A stretch of DNA of 64,000 nucleotides from Amphiscolops sp. MND2022 (GCA_964187785.1 OZ076409.1:95358001-95422000), one strand, 5' to 3'. Positions 1 to 12,101 are shown, numbered from the stretch's first letter. The notes: generated by a model from the letters alone, not told the origin. Program-made: numbers and translations.

Positions 1-801
1 ACAATTAGTTTTGAAAAATTTGAACTCTGCTATCAAGTGTTTGGCCAACTGGCAGTGTAACTTTTATGATTCAAATCCAATAATTGAAGCTGACATTTTT
101 CTGAAAAAATAACTCGGCGTTCAAAATCTCATAATTTTGAGACCATTTGACCCAGCACGCATTGTCCGAATTTTTGACGTTATACCCGAAGTAAATTGCG
201 TTTTACTAGGTAGGAGGGGGAGGTTCGAATCTTAATTTCTGTTACTTTGAGATTAAGATTTTTTCAAAAAAGATTTCTTGACGCTATGAAGTACTTTTGA
301 CGTTAAGCTGGGAGCTGACTTAGGCCGATCCCGGCTTGTTTGCCTTACGATAGAAATTTTTGCATCACAATATCCGCTGATAGTTGTTATTTTGATTGAC
401 AAACCAATGGGGGTGGATGGTGGATGTCAATGTTCCAAAAAAGATAATTAAGAAACTTCCAAAAAATTCCCTGAAAATCTGCACAGAAAACCTTCTGTAA
501 TCATCAGTAAAGATCCTTGCAGATCTGGACCTGTCCTCCCGAATCAGTGTCTCCCATCGAAAGGCAATAAGGCTCATCCAGCGTTCGACATCTTGAATAT
601 ATTGCCAAGACATTGCCAAGCTCTTTCCAGATCTTCCAAAATCTTGCAAAGATGTTGCAAGATCTTCCAAGATCCTGCCAAGATCTTACAAGTTCTGGCA
701 AGATCTTCTAAAAATTCTAGATCTTGTCAAGATATCGAAGATGAAATCTAGATCTGTACAGCATGGGAAGCGAAGAAATGAGTTGTTGTTGTTGTTTGTA
801 G

Positions 802-909
802 GTCAAGTTTCACCCCAGCAGACGACCCATTTTGGAAGTGAAGAGCGACCTCAGCTTCAAAATTGACCGCGAGTTTGAACCAGGCGACGACATTCAGTTC
901 ACAGTGCAA
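802..909 (+). CDS. Gene A exon (first visible): VKFHPSRRPILEVKSD...DDIQFTVQ
   Basis: tttgtag acceptor, gtcagt donor, 108 nt open, phase 0-0, joins the next exon in frame. Confidence 0.75.
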
Positions 910-961
910 GTCAGTCAATACCAAATACTAGGTAAACCAAAAAATACGGCACGGACGTAAG

Positions 962-1300
962 CTTTTGAGCTCCCAGGATGTCAAATGATTGCCAACAAAC
1001 TTTTCAAAACAACTTTGAACACTAAAACTCAGCTTTTTAATCATTCAGTTTGACAACATTTCTTTCACACATTCGAGTGTCAAATTCGCACATCAGAAGT
1101 GCGAACAAAATGACTGGTAAAGATGTCTAGACTTTCTCGTAGGGTTTAAAATGTTCATAGTTGAAGATGTGATTACGTAATGAACGCTTCATTTTGAATG
1201 CTTGACGGAAAAAGTAAAACATTTTCAGCGCCTTGTTTACAAATATGACAATTTTGAACAGTGAAATTTTATGCGTTCCGTTTTTTGGTTCACCTAGTAT
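962..1300 (+). repeat. Dispersed repeat, second copy at ~5456-5792
   Basis: Colinear similarity (cacatcagaagt.cgaacaaa, gttgaagatgtgattacgtaatga). Confidence 0.8.
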
Positions 1301-1743
1301 GGGCACTCACTTCAAGTGTTTTTCCAATGTAAGCTGAATTTCATTCAAAATGAACTAAGCGATCGATAAAAGTGAATGAAATTTTTTTCGCCTGGAAAAA
1401 TTGTTGATGCCCAAGCCTAATTTTCCGCAACAAAAACGGTTGTCTAGTCTCTTAGTACAATTTTCTATACTTTTGGCGTTTTATACTTCAAACATTGTAG
1501 GAATTGTTTACTTCAAGTTGTTTCAAAAAATTCAAATAACCTTTGATTTGGGAAAAAATTTAATATGCAGCATGTTTAATTTAGATTTTGGGCTATTTTT
1601 AGTCGGCGCTTTCGATACAAAACGCACTCTATAGCAGTAGTTTTTTAAAGGAATGCGAATTGACAAAATTGTATTGAAAATGTATAACGTTCTCCTTCGT
1701 TGTCTTCGCAACTCGCTGCTTTGGCCTAGAGGTCAATGCGGTT

Positions 1744-2631
1744 CCCAGTGTTCGGAGCCATGGTACCCTTGCCAAGATCCATGGCAAGTTCCTTGCAAGC
1801 CTTGCCAAGATCTTGTCATGATCTTGGCAAGGATACCATGGCCATGCAAGATCGTGCAAAGGCTAACCATGATTAACCATGATCTTGGCAAGGGTTCCAT
1901 GGTACCATTAACGAAACTTTTGGAAAATTAAGAGCCCTTATTTTCAAATTGTAACTAGTATCTAAAATTTTATTCGAACCAAAAAACAGACATATAGAAG
2001 TTTAAACAGAAGAAAAACTGATATTCAAGACATTAAAGGAAAAATGTTTTTGCTCCGACCATTTTAAGTTTTTATTGCGTTCTCGAACTTCAGTAATCAG
2101 AGCCCGTTACCTCTATAGATAAGGTAAGAGCATGATTTGCATAATTGTAAACAAATCATAGATAGAAAAGTTGGTTTTCACACCGATATCGCAAACCCGC
2201 AAGTTGCAATAACTTGATTCGAAGTTTGCTTTGTATGATAATTTATGATAGTAGTAACAATGCCGTGCTCTCAACTAACAAAACTAGGTCAATAGTTGCA
2301 GCAAATTATTGAGCAAGTTTTGAATAATTTTCAATTAAAAAACTATTTTCGATCAATAAATATTATGTCCAAAGTTATTACAATGGCTAATTCAGAAATT
2401 GCAGACGACAAGGAACTTTTGCGAAAAGAATAAATTATGCACAATTAATACTAGCTTACATGTCTTAACCATGGTTATCTTGTCAAGATTTTGCCATGAT
2501 CTTGCCATGATCTTGACAAGCGTTCCACGTATCATGATTTGCCATGATCTTGACAAGGGTACCATGGGTAACCATGAATTAGCAAGATTTACCATGATCA
2601 TGGCAAGGGTTCCATGGCTTCGAACACTGGG
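1744..2631. mobile_element. MITE with CCCAG...CTGGG termini (CMC/EnSpm-like)
   Basis: ~30-bp TIR cccagtgttcggagccatggtacccttgcca / tggcaagggttccatggcttcgaacactggg, subterminal ccatg/caagatc repeats, possible 2-bp TSD tt. Confidence 0.75.
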
Positions 2632-2706
2632 TTTTCTCCGTGATGTCACTGAGTGAGTGAGTGCGGCTGAGACTGTTGGAGTGGGTTCGAATCTCGTTTG
2701 TTGCAG

Positions 2707-2868
2707 GTGAAGCACTCGTGTGACAGCAAGGCGACTGCGAAGATGGTGAATGCGTTTGTGTTCAAGCCAGTTTTGGTGTCTGCAATCCGCAGAAACGACT
2801 CCTACTTCCTCAGCCAGATGCCATCCTTCAATGCTCCCCTGGCTAACGACGATTACGGCATATTTGTG
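2707..2868 (+). CDS. Gene A exon: VKHSCDSKATAK...DDYGIFV
   Basis: ttgcag acceptor, gtcagt donor, 162 nt, phase 0-0, GC-richer than flanks. Confidence 0.8.
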
Positions 2869-2964
2869 GTCAGTACATGCAAAGAAAACACTGTCTTGTC
2901 TACTATACGTAAAAAGCAAAACTTTTTACCGCATACAAAGTTAGTAGTGTGGAAACTAAATTAA

Positions 2965-3410
2965 ACAAGCCGCGATCGGCCCAAGTCGGCGCCATATCAA
3001 AGGCTCAAAAATAGCAAAAGGACTTCAAAGTGTCAAAGTATTTGTGAATTGGGGACCCTTTGATGAAACAATTTTGGGATTTTTCAACATCCATTCTGTC
3101 GCAAAACTCCGAAACAATTGGAGGCGAACCCTTTGGGGATATTTTTTTTTCAAAAAAATGTTTCACAACGCCAAAAAAAATTCAAAGATGGGACTCTTTA
3201 GTCTCGCACTTATAGTATGTTACGCGGAAAAAAAGGAGAAACTTTTTTGGTTCAGGTCCGTGGGCCCACAGGTACATTTTGGCGACACCCTAAAATTTTG
3301 TAGAACTTTTGGTAGAACTATTTTGGTCACTTCAGGTTTATCGAAAAAAATCCTGATGAAAAGCCATGACTATAGTCGACTCTTTTCTTAAGAAAAGCGC
3401 CGGCTAAAAA
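2965..3410 (-). mobile_element. Helentron-like non-autonomous element (HINE/DINE-1 architecture), copy 1
   Basis: Subterminal inverted repeats agtcggcgc/gcgccgact-like, 5' partial inverted repeat, 3' stem-loop, T-rich ends, no TSD. Confidence 0.65.
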
Positions 3411-3474
3411 GGTGAATGTTATTTAACGGAGAAAACAGCAAAAAGTTGATTATTGAGAGTGGAAACTAAATTAA

Positions 3475-3918
3475 ACAAGCCGCGATCGGCCCAAGTCGGC
3501 GCCATATCAAAGGCTCAAAAATAGCAAAAGGACTTCAAAGTGTCGAAGTATTGGTGAATTGGGGACCCTTTGATGAAACAATTTTGGGATTTTTCAACAT
3601 CCATTCTGTTGCAAAACTGCGAAAAAATTGGAGGGGAACCCTTTGGGGATATTTTTCTTTCAAAAAAATGTTTCACAACGCCAAAAAAACTCAAAGATGG
3701 GACTCTTTAGTCTCGCACTTATAGTATGTTACGCGGAAAAAAGGAAAAACTTTTTTGGTTCAGGTCCGTGGGCCCACAGGTACATTTTGGCGACACCATA
3801 AAATTTTGTAGAACTTTTGGTAGAACTATTTTGGTCACTTCAGGTGTATCGAAAAAAATCCTGATTAAAAGCCATGACTATAGTCGACTCTTTTCTTAAG
3901 AAAAGCGCCGGCTAAAAA
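3475..3918 (-). mobile_element. Helentron-like element, copy 2 (tandem duplicate of copy 1)
   Basis: Near-identical to 2965-3410. Confidence 0.65.
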
Positions 3919-4329
3919 GGTGAATGTTATTTAACGGAGAAAACAGCAAAAAGTTGATTATTGAGAGTAAAAGATATAACACCCATTAAAATTTAACTAT
4001 CGTCACTATGGTTTAGTTATTAGTTTTGGACTACCCTATTTTATATGAATGTGAACTTTTCCAATGTTTTTTCCGTAGGTATGTCTATCTTGGTTATCCT
4101 GGAACAGTTGGAAGAAATCACTTTTGATTATTTTTCTTTGTCGTGTTGTAAGAAAACCGCCGCGTTTTTATGTCGACAGGTAAATCGTTCCAAAGTTTAG
4201 CGGATGTGGAGAAGAAACTATTCTGTATGTAACTGGGCTGTATTACAAAAGTGTGTACTGTAAATTACTTTGGTTCTTAAATGAGATCTTACATCGGAAT
4301 GTTCAGATCATTGAATGTAGCGTGCCCTT

Positions 4330-4805
4330 GCTGACAACCCAGGGTAACCCACCGGTGGCCACCGCACTTCCCATCGCAGCCCGCCGGTGGCCACCGCAGT
4401 GGCCATGACACATTTTGTGGTGGCCAGGATTGGGCCACGGGTGGCCACCGGTGGGGAAAAATTTCATGTTGTTTACAAAATATTGCAAAAATCGTGACGC
4501 GAACCTGTATTTATTTTCTTGACACTCCAGCATTTACCTCTGCGCTATCAGCTTTTGTAATTTGCTTGTTTTCCTTAGCTATATTTGTTCTCCAGCATTG
4601 CCTACATCGCGACTGGCGTACACGCAGTGCCAAAATAGTCTAAATTGCTGCAGAACTTCGGATTCCATAATGAAATAAGTATTTTCAATTATTTTCCATA
4701 ATTCACGATTCATTTTTGAAAACAAAATACACCAGTGACCACATAATAGTGACTGATTATCCAAAATTGCCGATGGCCAGTGGTGGTTACCATAGGTTGT
4801 CAGTA
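4330..4805. mobile_element. Degenerate MITE with GC-rich ggtggccacc repeats
   Basis: Imperfect inverted ends ctgacaacccagggtaac / gttaccataggttgtcag. Confidence 0.45.
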
Positions 4806-4866
4806 CGCGTGTTCAGATCCTCAGAAGTGCATTCATTGTACTAGGGACAAGCTACTCGAAGAGCAA

Positions 4867-5440
4867 ACAAGCCGGGAACGGCCCAAGTCGGCGCCATATC
4901 TAAGGCTCAAAAATAGCAAAAGGTTTTCAAATGTCAAGTATTCTCTTCTACAGTACCCGGATAAAGAAAAAATTGAAAAAAAAAATCCAAGTTTTTTCTC
5001 GAAAATTTTGTCGCATTTTTTTTGGTCTCCGGTAAGTCGCATAATGCCAAACAATGTAAAAAGGGGGGCCCTTTGGGAGTTTTTGAACATCCATTCTTTG
5101 CAAAATAGAAAAAATTGAAGGGGGGACCCTTTGGAGTCATTAAAAAACTTTGCGAAAAAAAGCTGAAATAGGCTGAAATTCTCACAAAGCGGAAATAACC
5201 TGCACAAAAAAATTGGTCAATGGCGGGACTCGAACTCACGTCCTTTTGCTTGGCAGACCTCAAAAAAGCCTAAATAAACTCTAGGCCAAGTGCCAGTAGA
5301 AGTAGTGTGGCACAGTTTAGTGTTAGTGAAAGTCAGCTTATAAAGCTTATAAATTCTGTCAGTTCGTTGGTCCTAAAAAAAGAAGAAAAGAAAAGTCACT
5401 GCTATAGTCTGCGTTTTCTACGAAAAGCGCCGACTAGAAA
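4867..5440 (-). mobile_element. Helentron-like element, copy 3
   Basis: Same termini (acaagccgggaacggcccaagtcggcgcc ... aaaagcgccgacta), different interior. Confidence 0.65.
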
Positions 5441-5751
5441 AGGAACGTACAAAAATTTTTGAGCTCTCAAAATGTCTAATACAAACTTTTCACAACAGCT
5501 TTGAATGCTGAAACTCAGCTAGTCAATCATTCAATTTGACGACCTTGCTTTCACGCATTCGAGTGTCAAAGAAATTTCACACATCAGAAGTACGAACAAA
5601 GTAACTAGAAAAGATGTCTAGACTTCCTCGGAAGGTTTAAAACGTGCTTAGTTGAAGATGTGATTACGTAATGAAATCTTCATTTTCAATACTCGAGGGA
5701 AAAGGTAAATGTTTTTCAGCGCCTTGTTTACAACTATTATAATTCTGAAAA

Positions 5752-8544
5752 GTGAAATTTTTGTGCGTTCCATTTTTTTTGATCACCAAGTACACGCAAG
5801 AAGCAAAGAAAACATTGAACATATGGGCGATGAAAAGAATTAAACGTAAGATTCACAAAACGTCCGTAATCGCATTAACCGAAACATGGTGGAAAAACGA
5901 AAATGAAGCAGGACTGTATTGTCTCGAAGGATACCAAAGACCTTTCGCTAGCACCAGAAACCGCAAACGAGGTGGAGGTGTAGCAATTTATGTTACATCG
6001 GACCTGGAAGCTGAATTACTTCACACGGATGAAGCCTACGAGTCATTATCTGTAAAAATTGGTGACTTCAAAAAGAAAAAGAAAATAATAGTTTCTTGTT
6101 TCTATTGTGAACCGTCGAGGAATAGAAGTCAGTATCTGGACCATGTTGAAGAAGTATTGGATAAAAATGGTGAAGGTATGCAGATAGCTTGTGGAGACTT
6201 CAATATTGATTTGTTAAACGAAAACCTTGCAGCACGGATAACGTTAGAAAATTTGATGACAGCCCAAGGGTTGGAATTGGTTAGCTTGCGACAACCTACA
6301 AGAGAAACTGCTACATCTAGTACTTGCATAGACTCCATATACAGCAATATTCCGGTGCAACTAACGCAGATTAAAAAAACAACATTCTCTGACCATTACA
6401 GCTTAGAACTGTCTTTCGAAATTTTTTATGAAATTGCGGAAAACATCTTTGAATATCGATCACTCAAGAAATTAGAAGACTCTTTTTACTGTGAAAAATT
6501 CCTTTTCTTCTTGAATCATTCGTTGGGTAAAATTAATGAACAAGATTCAGATGCCGAATCATATCTAGAAGAGATCGCGCATGTAATCAAAGATTCAACT
6601 GATAAATATTTCCCAACCAAGCAAGTGAAACGCCATGAACCCAAAAAGTCTTGGATAACAAATTGTATTAAGAGGCACATAGCAAATAGAGATAAACATT
6701 ATCATTTATGGTTAAAAACAAAATCATCTGTTGATTACGAGAAGTACAGGAAAAAAAGAAATGAAGTCAATATGGAAATTAAAAACGCAAAGCGGAATGA
6801 AGTTCAATCTAGAATTGACCGCAATAATTCGAGAGAATTTTTCAGATACATAAAAAAGGTGAAAGGCACTTTGAATCAAGTAGCAAAATGTGATTTATCT
6901 GCAGAAGATTTTAATAATTATTTCATAACTGCTGCTGATACCTCAGACACAATATTAACTCATCGTTTTAAAAGTCAGCAGGTTGAACAACCTCAATCAA
7001 TATTCATGCGCCCAGTTACTGAGGATGAAGTTTCGAAACACATTTCCACATTGAAAAACAAAAAATCTGTTGGCATGGATTGCATTGAGGTCGCCGTATT
7101 AAAGAAAGCTTCCCGAATTGTTAGTCCTTATCTCAAAACTGCTTTCAACAATTGCATATATGCAGGAGTGTTTCCTCAAAGTATGAAAATTGCTAAAGTA
7201 ATACCAATTTTTAAAGCTGGTGCAACAAGTTTAGCTTCCAATTACAGGCCGATTTCTATTCTGGGTAATTTATCAAAGCTCTTCGAGAAGGTAATACACA
7301 GAAGATTGATGAACTATTTTGAAAAATTTGGAATTCTTTCGGAAAATCAATATGGGTTCAGAAAAAAGAAAGATTCTATCCAAGCCGCAACATCACTTTT
7401 TAAAGAAATAGAAGCAAATTGGAGGTCCAAAATTAAAACGAACTCTGTTTTTATTGATTTCAGGAAAGCTTTTGATGCAGTTGATCACAGCGTTCTGTTG
7501 AATAAATTGAATCGAATCGGTATCAGAGGAGTTTCTCATAAACTCCTAACGAGTTACTTAACGAATAGGTGTCAGTATGTGAAAATTGAGGATAAATGCT
7601 CATCCATGAAATTAATAAAACGTGGAGTCCCACAGGGATCTATACTTGGCCCTCTCTTATTTCTTGTTTATATTAATGATTTGGGCGCCGATGAAAAATG
7701 GCAGAGTAAAATAATAAAGTATGCGGATGATACAGTTATGATCGAAAAGCTAAATACAAAGTCTGATGATAAAACTTTGTTCCAAAATTGGACAGAAATG
7801 AATCGCTTGGATTGTAATTACACGAAAACAAAGTTTGTCGTTTTTGAGAAGAAATCTGTGAAGTATCCGAACATTTTTATTGGGGATCATGAAGTTTCCT
7901 CTTGTGAGAGTTATAAATACTTGGGTATACATTTCGATAAAAAATTGAACTTCCAAGAGCACATTAATCATGTTATTGCCAAATTGGCGCAACAAAGCGG
8001 AATCTTGTACAAATTAAGGGCAACGTTGAACGAAAAACAGTTAGTACAATATATTCGATCGTTTATATCACCTCTGGTTCAGTATGGCGTGCTTCTGTAT
8101 GGCTTGGGCCCAAAAACTAAATTGCTAAAAATTTTCTTATTACAAAAAAAACTAATGAGGATAGCTTTAAGGCTTCCAACCAGAACTAGTGTTACTGAAA
8201 AATTCAACGAATTAAAAATTAGAACAGTGTTTGAGTATCATGTTTATGAAATCTTCAAATTTTCCCTTAACCAGATACGAAATGGTTTCAAAAGTCTTTG
8301 CATTGGAACGCAAAATAGACAAACAAGAAATGGTAGTCTAAATATATGGAATCGCACAGGAGAAAATGATAGGCTAGATTCTCGGGCAATCATACTCATC
8401 AATGCATTGCGCAAGTGGGGTGTTTTATTTACAGACGAACTGATATGCGAAATGGACGAAAACTGTTTTCAAAATTACTACCACCAAATTGCAGATCTCT
8501 ACATTTTTGGAAATGGTGACTTGATTGATCTTATATGCAATTAG
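5752..8544 (+). CDS. LINE ORF2: apurinic-like endonuclease + reverse transcriptase (first ~25 codons not genuine)
   Basis: ALTETW, GGGVAIY, GDFN, SDH (APE); NYRPISIL, QYGFR, DFRKAFD, GVPQGSILGPLLF, YADD, KYLG (RT). Confidence 0.9.
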   Translation: MKFLCVPFFLITKYTQEAKKTLNIWAMKRIKRKIHKTSVIALTETWWKNENEAGLYCLEGYQRPFASTRNRKRGGGVAIYVTSDLEAELLHTDEAYESLSVKIGDFKKKKKIIVSCFYCEPSRNRSQYLDHVEEVLDKNGEGMQIACGDFNIDLLNENLAARITLENLMTAQGLELVSLRQPTRETATSSTCIDSIYSNIPVQLTQIKKTTFSDHYSLELSFEIFYEIAENIFEYRSLKKLEDSFYCEKFLFFLNHSLGKINEQDSDAESYLEEIAHVIKDSTDKYFPTKQVKRHEPKKSWITNCIKRHIANRDKHYHLWLKTKSSVDYEKYRKKRNEVNMEIKNAKRNEVQSRIDRNNSREFFRYIKKVKGTLNQVAKCDLSAEDFNNYFITAADTSDTILTHRFKSQQVEQPQSIFMRPVTEDEVSKHISTLKNKKSVGMDCIEVAVLKKASRIVSPYLKTAFNNCIYAGVFPQSMKIAKVIPIFKAGATSLASNYRPISILGNLSKLFEKVIHRRLMNYFEKFGILSENQYGFRKKKDSIQAATSLFKEIEANWRSKIKTNSVFIDFRKAFDAVDHSVLLNKLNRIGIRGVSHKLLTSYLTNRCQYVKIEDKCSSMKLIKRGVPQGSILGPLLFLVYINDLGADEKWQSKIIKYADDTVMIEKLNTKSDDKTLFQNWTEMNRLDCNYTKTKFVVFEKKSVKYPNIFIGDHEVSSCESYKYLGIHFDKKLNFQEHINHVIAKLAQQSGILYKLRATLNEKQLVQYIRSFISPLVQYGVLLYGLGPKTKLLKIFLLQKKLMRIALRLPTRTSVTEKFNELKIRTVFEYHVYEIFKFSLNQIRNGFKSLCIGTQNRQTRNGSLNIWNRTGENDRLDSRAIILINALRKWGVLFTDELICEMDENCFQNYYHQIADLYIFGNGDLIDLICN

Positions 8545-8786
8545 AATTTTTTCAGCTGGATAGATTGAAACGGTTAATTAAATGTCAAATCTCTACCACA
8601 CACACAAAAAAAAACTGAAAAAACACAAAAAAAATCATTTCAAAAGGTTTCCTCTTGAAAAGCCTAAGTGCTTATAGGAAGCCTTTTCAGGGGCTAAATT
8701 ATTTTATGTTTGCACTTTTATGTTTATAATTTTATATGATGCTTATATATACAGCGCACCCTGATAAATTCAATTATTATTATTAT
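5793..8786 (+). mobile_element. 5'-truncated non-LTR retrotransposon (CR1/L2-group LINE), sense orientation in a gene A intron
   Basis: APE+RT ORF, 3' UTR stem (aaaaggtttcct...aggaagcctttt, ~8642-8687), (ATT)n tail at ~8773-8786; no ORF1; no clear TSD. Confidence 0.85.
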
Positions 8787-9419
8787 AAAACAAAACAAGT
8801 CAATAGGTTCAGTGTTTGGGAATCTTGATGTAGGGGGGGGGGTTAGATTAAGAGATCTGGATATGTGCGAAGTCGGATTCGAATCTCCCTCATCTCACCA
8901 TTGTTAGGCTCTGAGCAACATTTTCATCTCTAGGCGAGTGACTCGGTATTGGGAAAAAGAACATATTTGACAGAGAAAACAGCAAGGAAAAACAAACGGT
9001 CTGGGAAGTCAGACCGGAAATTTTCTTTTTTTAAAAAAAAACAACTATCCAGTTTCATGCAACTGGTTTACAAAATTTAGATTCTTCTCAGCATTCTCTT
9101 TTTTCGCGAAAAATTTCTTCGAACTTTTTCTGAAGAATATATTGTCGCTAAGGTTGTATCAAAACATCCTAAAGATCAATATCTATCAGTGAATTATTCC
9201 ACAGGATAATCATTCAACTCTTGCAGTGCAGACTATAGAAACATGAAACTGCATTTCATTTAAAACTAATGCTTTTTAATGAAAAGCAGTTTTAGCATTC
9301 ATTCTTTATTGATTTTCGAATTTTTTCTCTTCCCATTAGCATCCACGCTGATTTGATTTCCGGACCTGACCACCTGTCTTGACCTTTTGACTCGACGTAA
9401 GTTTATTACTTAACTTTTT

Positions 9420-9803
9420 TTACCTGACCTTTCGAACTGACTTTTTGACCTGACCTTTTGAATTGACTTTTTGACCTGGCCCTTCAAATTGACTTTTTGA
9501 CCTGACCCTTCAATTCGACCTTTTTACCTGACCTTTCGAACTGACTTGTTGACCTGACCCTTCGAATTGACCTTTTCACCTGACCTCTCGAACTGATTTT
9601 TGGCCTGACCCTTCAAATTGACTTTTTGACATGACCCTTCGATTTGACTTTTTCACCTAACCTTTTGAACTGACTCGTTGACCTGACCCGTCGAACTGAC
9701 TTTTTGACCTGACCGTTCAAATTGAGCTTTTGATCTCACCCTTCGAATGGACCTTTTGACCTGACCCTTCGGATTAACCTTTCGACCTGACCCTTTTGAC
9801 CTG
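9420..9803 (+). repeat. 26-bp minisatellite (tgacctgacccttcgaactgactttt), ~15 copies
   Basis: acctgacc-like motif recurs at 9422, 9448, 9474 and onward. Confidence 0.9.
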
Positions 9804-9808
9804 TTCAG

Positions 9809-10022
9809 ATCCAACGTCTGCGCATGACTGAGTTCGTGGAGTGGCACTACATAGTGACGGTGACGACAGACACGACCTACGTGTCAGAGGTCAAGAGCTA
9901 CCTCCTCTCGCAGGTCGTGCAGCCCCAGTACAGCAGGGCAGGCAGGGCCAGTGACACAGACGCCGCTGATGAGATATACTTCCTGAGGTCAGCCACCGCC
10001 GAGGCAAAGTTCATCGTCAAGA
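9809..10022 (+). CDS. Gene A exon: IQRLRMTEFVEWHYIVTV...AKFIVK
   Basis: gttcag acceptor, gtgagt donor, phase 0-1, strong GC3 bias. Confidence 0.85.
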
Positions 10023-10120
10023 GTGAGTGCAACCAGAGTTACCTTAGACCTTCTGACCTTTTGACCCGACCTTCTCAAAAATTTTATCAAACCACTTCTC
10101 AAACATTGCTAGCTTTCCAT

Positions 10121-10420
10121 TTTTAGCAGTCGGAAAATTTTCGATTACTTATGCAATCGTGTCGTTTTTTCCCGACCGTTCAGTGAAAATTTCAAATTCC
10201 TCAAAAACTGTTCATATTATTTTTTATAAAATTTTGCACAGTCGTTCTACACCCAAAGGTGCTCCTGTGTGCATCCAATTAGTATGCCTGGGATATGAGA
10301 AACAGACAAAATTGGTCCAAAAATGACAAAATGGCAATGAAATGCGCAATTTGTTTTTCAATATTTTAATCCGTTTCATTTCCGACTCCTTTACCACACA
10401 TGTGCCTCTGGCTTCTTGAT
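10121..10420 (+). repeat. Second Helentron-like family, related copy at ~24630-24848
   Basis: Inverted agtcggaaa / tttccgact near the ends; shared gttctaca.cc.aa.gtgctcctg core. Confidence 0.5.
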
Positions 10421-10697
10421 GTTTTTCTCTGCAAAACGGAATGGTTCACTTCATAAGAACTTATCAACCATTTTCGGTTAAATACAGTGGAAAATCCGAA
10501 AACTGTTTTGTTTTCCCGAAAATTGTATCTATTTTTATCAATTCCATAAAAGTATATCTTTTTTCACGCATGATGTAACTGTAAATAATGTAACTTATTT
10601 TCAATTTGTGAAGTTTTCCTGCAGATCAAGGGTGCAAAAATGATTTGCAGTGCCACTGCGATAACAAACAGAACTAAAAACGTTCACAATTTGACTT

Positions 10698-11015
10698 CCC
10701 CTAGCCGGGATTGCTTGAACTTTTTACATGCTGCATGGAAACATGCAAACTAATTTTCCTTCACAAAACATGGAAAATGCAAGGAGAATGCATGGAACAA
10801 TTTAATAGGAACACAATGCAGCTTCCACTATTTCGGTTTAAACTAAAACATTTCCACTGCTTCACTGGTGCGGTCTTTGGTTTCACGCTTAGGTTTCTAA
10901 AGTTAGTAACTTATAAAATCACCGTTAGTTAAATAGCACGCCGAACATGACGCTACTTTGAAATTTATAATGTGACTGAAGTTTATTTTGATTGAAATCG
11001 CGGTAAAATGGATGA
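10698..11015 (+). repeat. Dispersed repeat, second copy at ~46447-46765
   Basis: Shared atgcagctt.cactattt and atgacgctactttgaaa.ttataat. Confidence 0.75.
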
Positions 11016-11819
11016 GGCCTCAGCTGCTTTAAAAGTTAGAGCGGCTGCTTAATGGAACCTGCAAAACTTCGCAACTCAGAATTGCCGTCTAATTTAACAA
11101 GCCTTTTATAGGCAGCTTGATGCAATTCAAGTTTCCTTGAGAATTTTATAAAGTCATAAAAATTTACCATGGTAACCTTCAAAAACTTGTAAAAAGTTCA
11201 AGCAGTATCAACAAGGGTCATTTCACGTCATTATTTTCAACTAAGCCAATTTCGTAGGGTCTTTCCAAAACTGTGTTGAATTTAATTTCAAATATCTCAA
11301 TAACTACTATTCAGAACCTAACGATTTTTAACAGAGTTTCAACAATATATGGAGCTTTTGCTTTTGATACATTTAAATTTCATTCATCTACATTAGGTGC
11401 TGGAATCGACCTCCATTCTGATCTTCACACAGCTGTAATTGCTTCCGAGTATTGAATAAGTTGGCTCATGACCGGAAAAACGAAGTGTGAAAAGTAGAAA
11501 TTCCACTTAACAACAAAATTGACCGAACAAAAAAACATGAATCGAAAGTTGCAATGTTTCTCTATAAAACCTGAGGAAGCATTACTGTTGAATTTAACCA
11601 ATTTTTAACAATTTGAAAATAGTTTTGACACATAATTTCTGAAAGACGGTTAGAACGGCATGATGGAGAGAATCGAACTTCCCATACATCATTGTTATTT
11701 TCCGCCCACACTGATTTTACGCAGAGAAGGAAAATCATCAACTGTGATGCGTTTTCAAATTCTGCCAGATCTCATCAATGTCAAGAATGTTAGTTGCCCT
11801 GTCCGTTAGTTGCTATTTG

Positions 11820-11892
11820 AGTTATGATGGCTCAGTTGGTAGTGCATCAGCTATCAATCAGTAGATGGTGGTTTCGAATCTCGCCTTCGCCT
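11820..11892 (+). pseudogene. Degenerate tRNA-like sequence (pseudo-tRNA or SINE head)
   Basis: A-box tggctcagttggtag and B-box-like gtttcgaatc at tRNA spacing; acceptor stem does not pair. Confidence 0.45.
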
Positions 11893-11966
11893 GATTATTT
11901 TTTATGAGGCAGACAATATCCCGGTGTTTAGCGGGCGTCTTGTAAATACATTTTATTTGAATGCAG

Positions 11967-12101
11967 ATGAGACGTGCAGCAAAATGAAGATCCATTTGTA
12001 CGACGAGAAGCTGTTCCATTCGTGTCAAATCACAGCCAGCTCCGCTTTCAACAAGGACGTTTACCCAATCAGAAGCGCCCTCAAAGCCGACAATAACAAA
12101 G
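11967..12101 (+). CDS. Gene A exon, start of F5/8 type C (discoidin) domain: NETCSK...CQITASSAF...NNKG
   Basis: tgcag/gtcagt, phase 1-1; QITASS motif typical of the F5/8C N-terminus. Confidence 0.85.

Noticed and set aside
365..765. ORFs at 365-701
   Set aside because: Arise from caagatct-type subterminal repeats of a decayed MITE
11820..11892. Functional tRNA gene
   Set aside because: Acceptor and anticodon stems do not pair; kept only as a degenerate tRNA-like sequence
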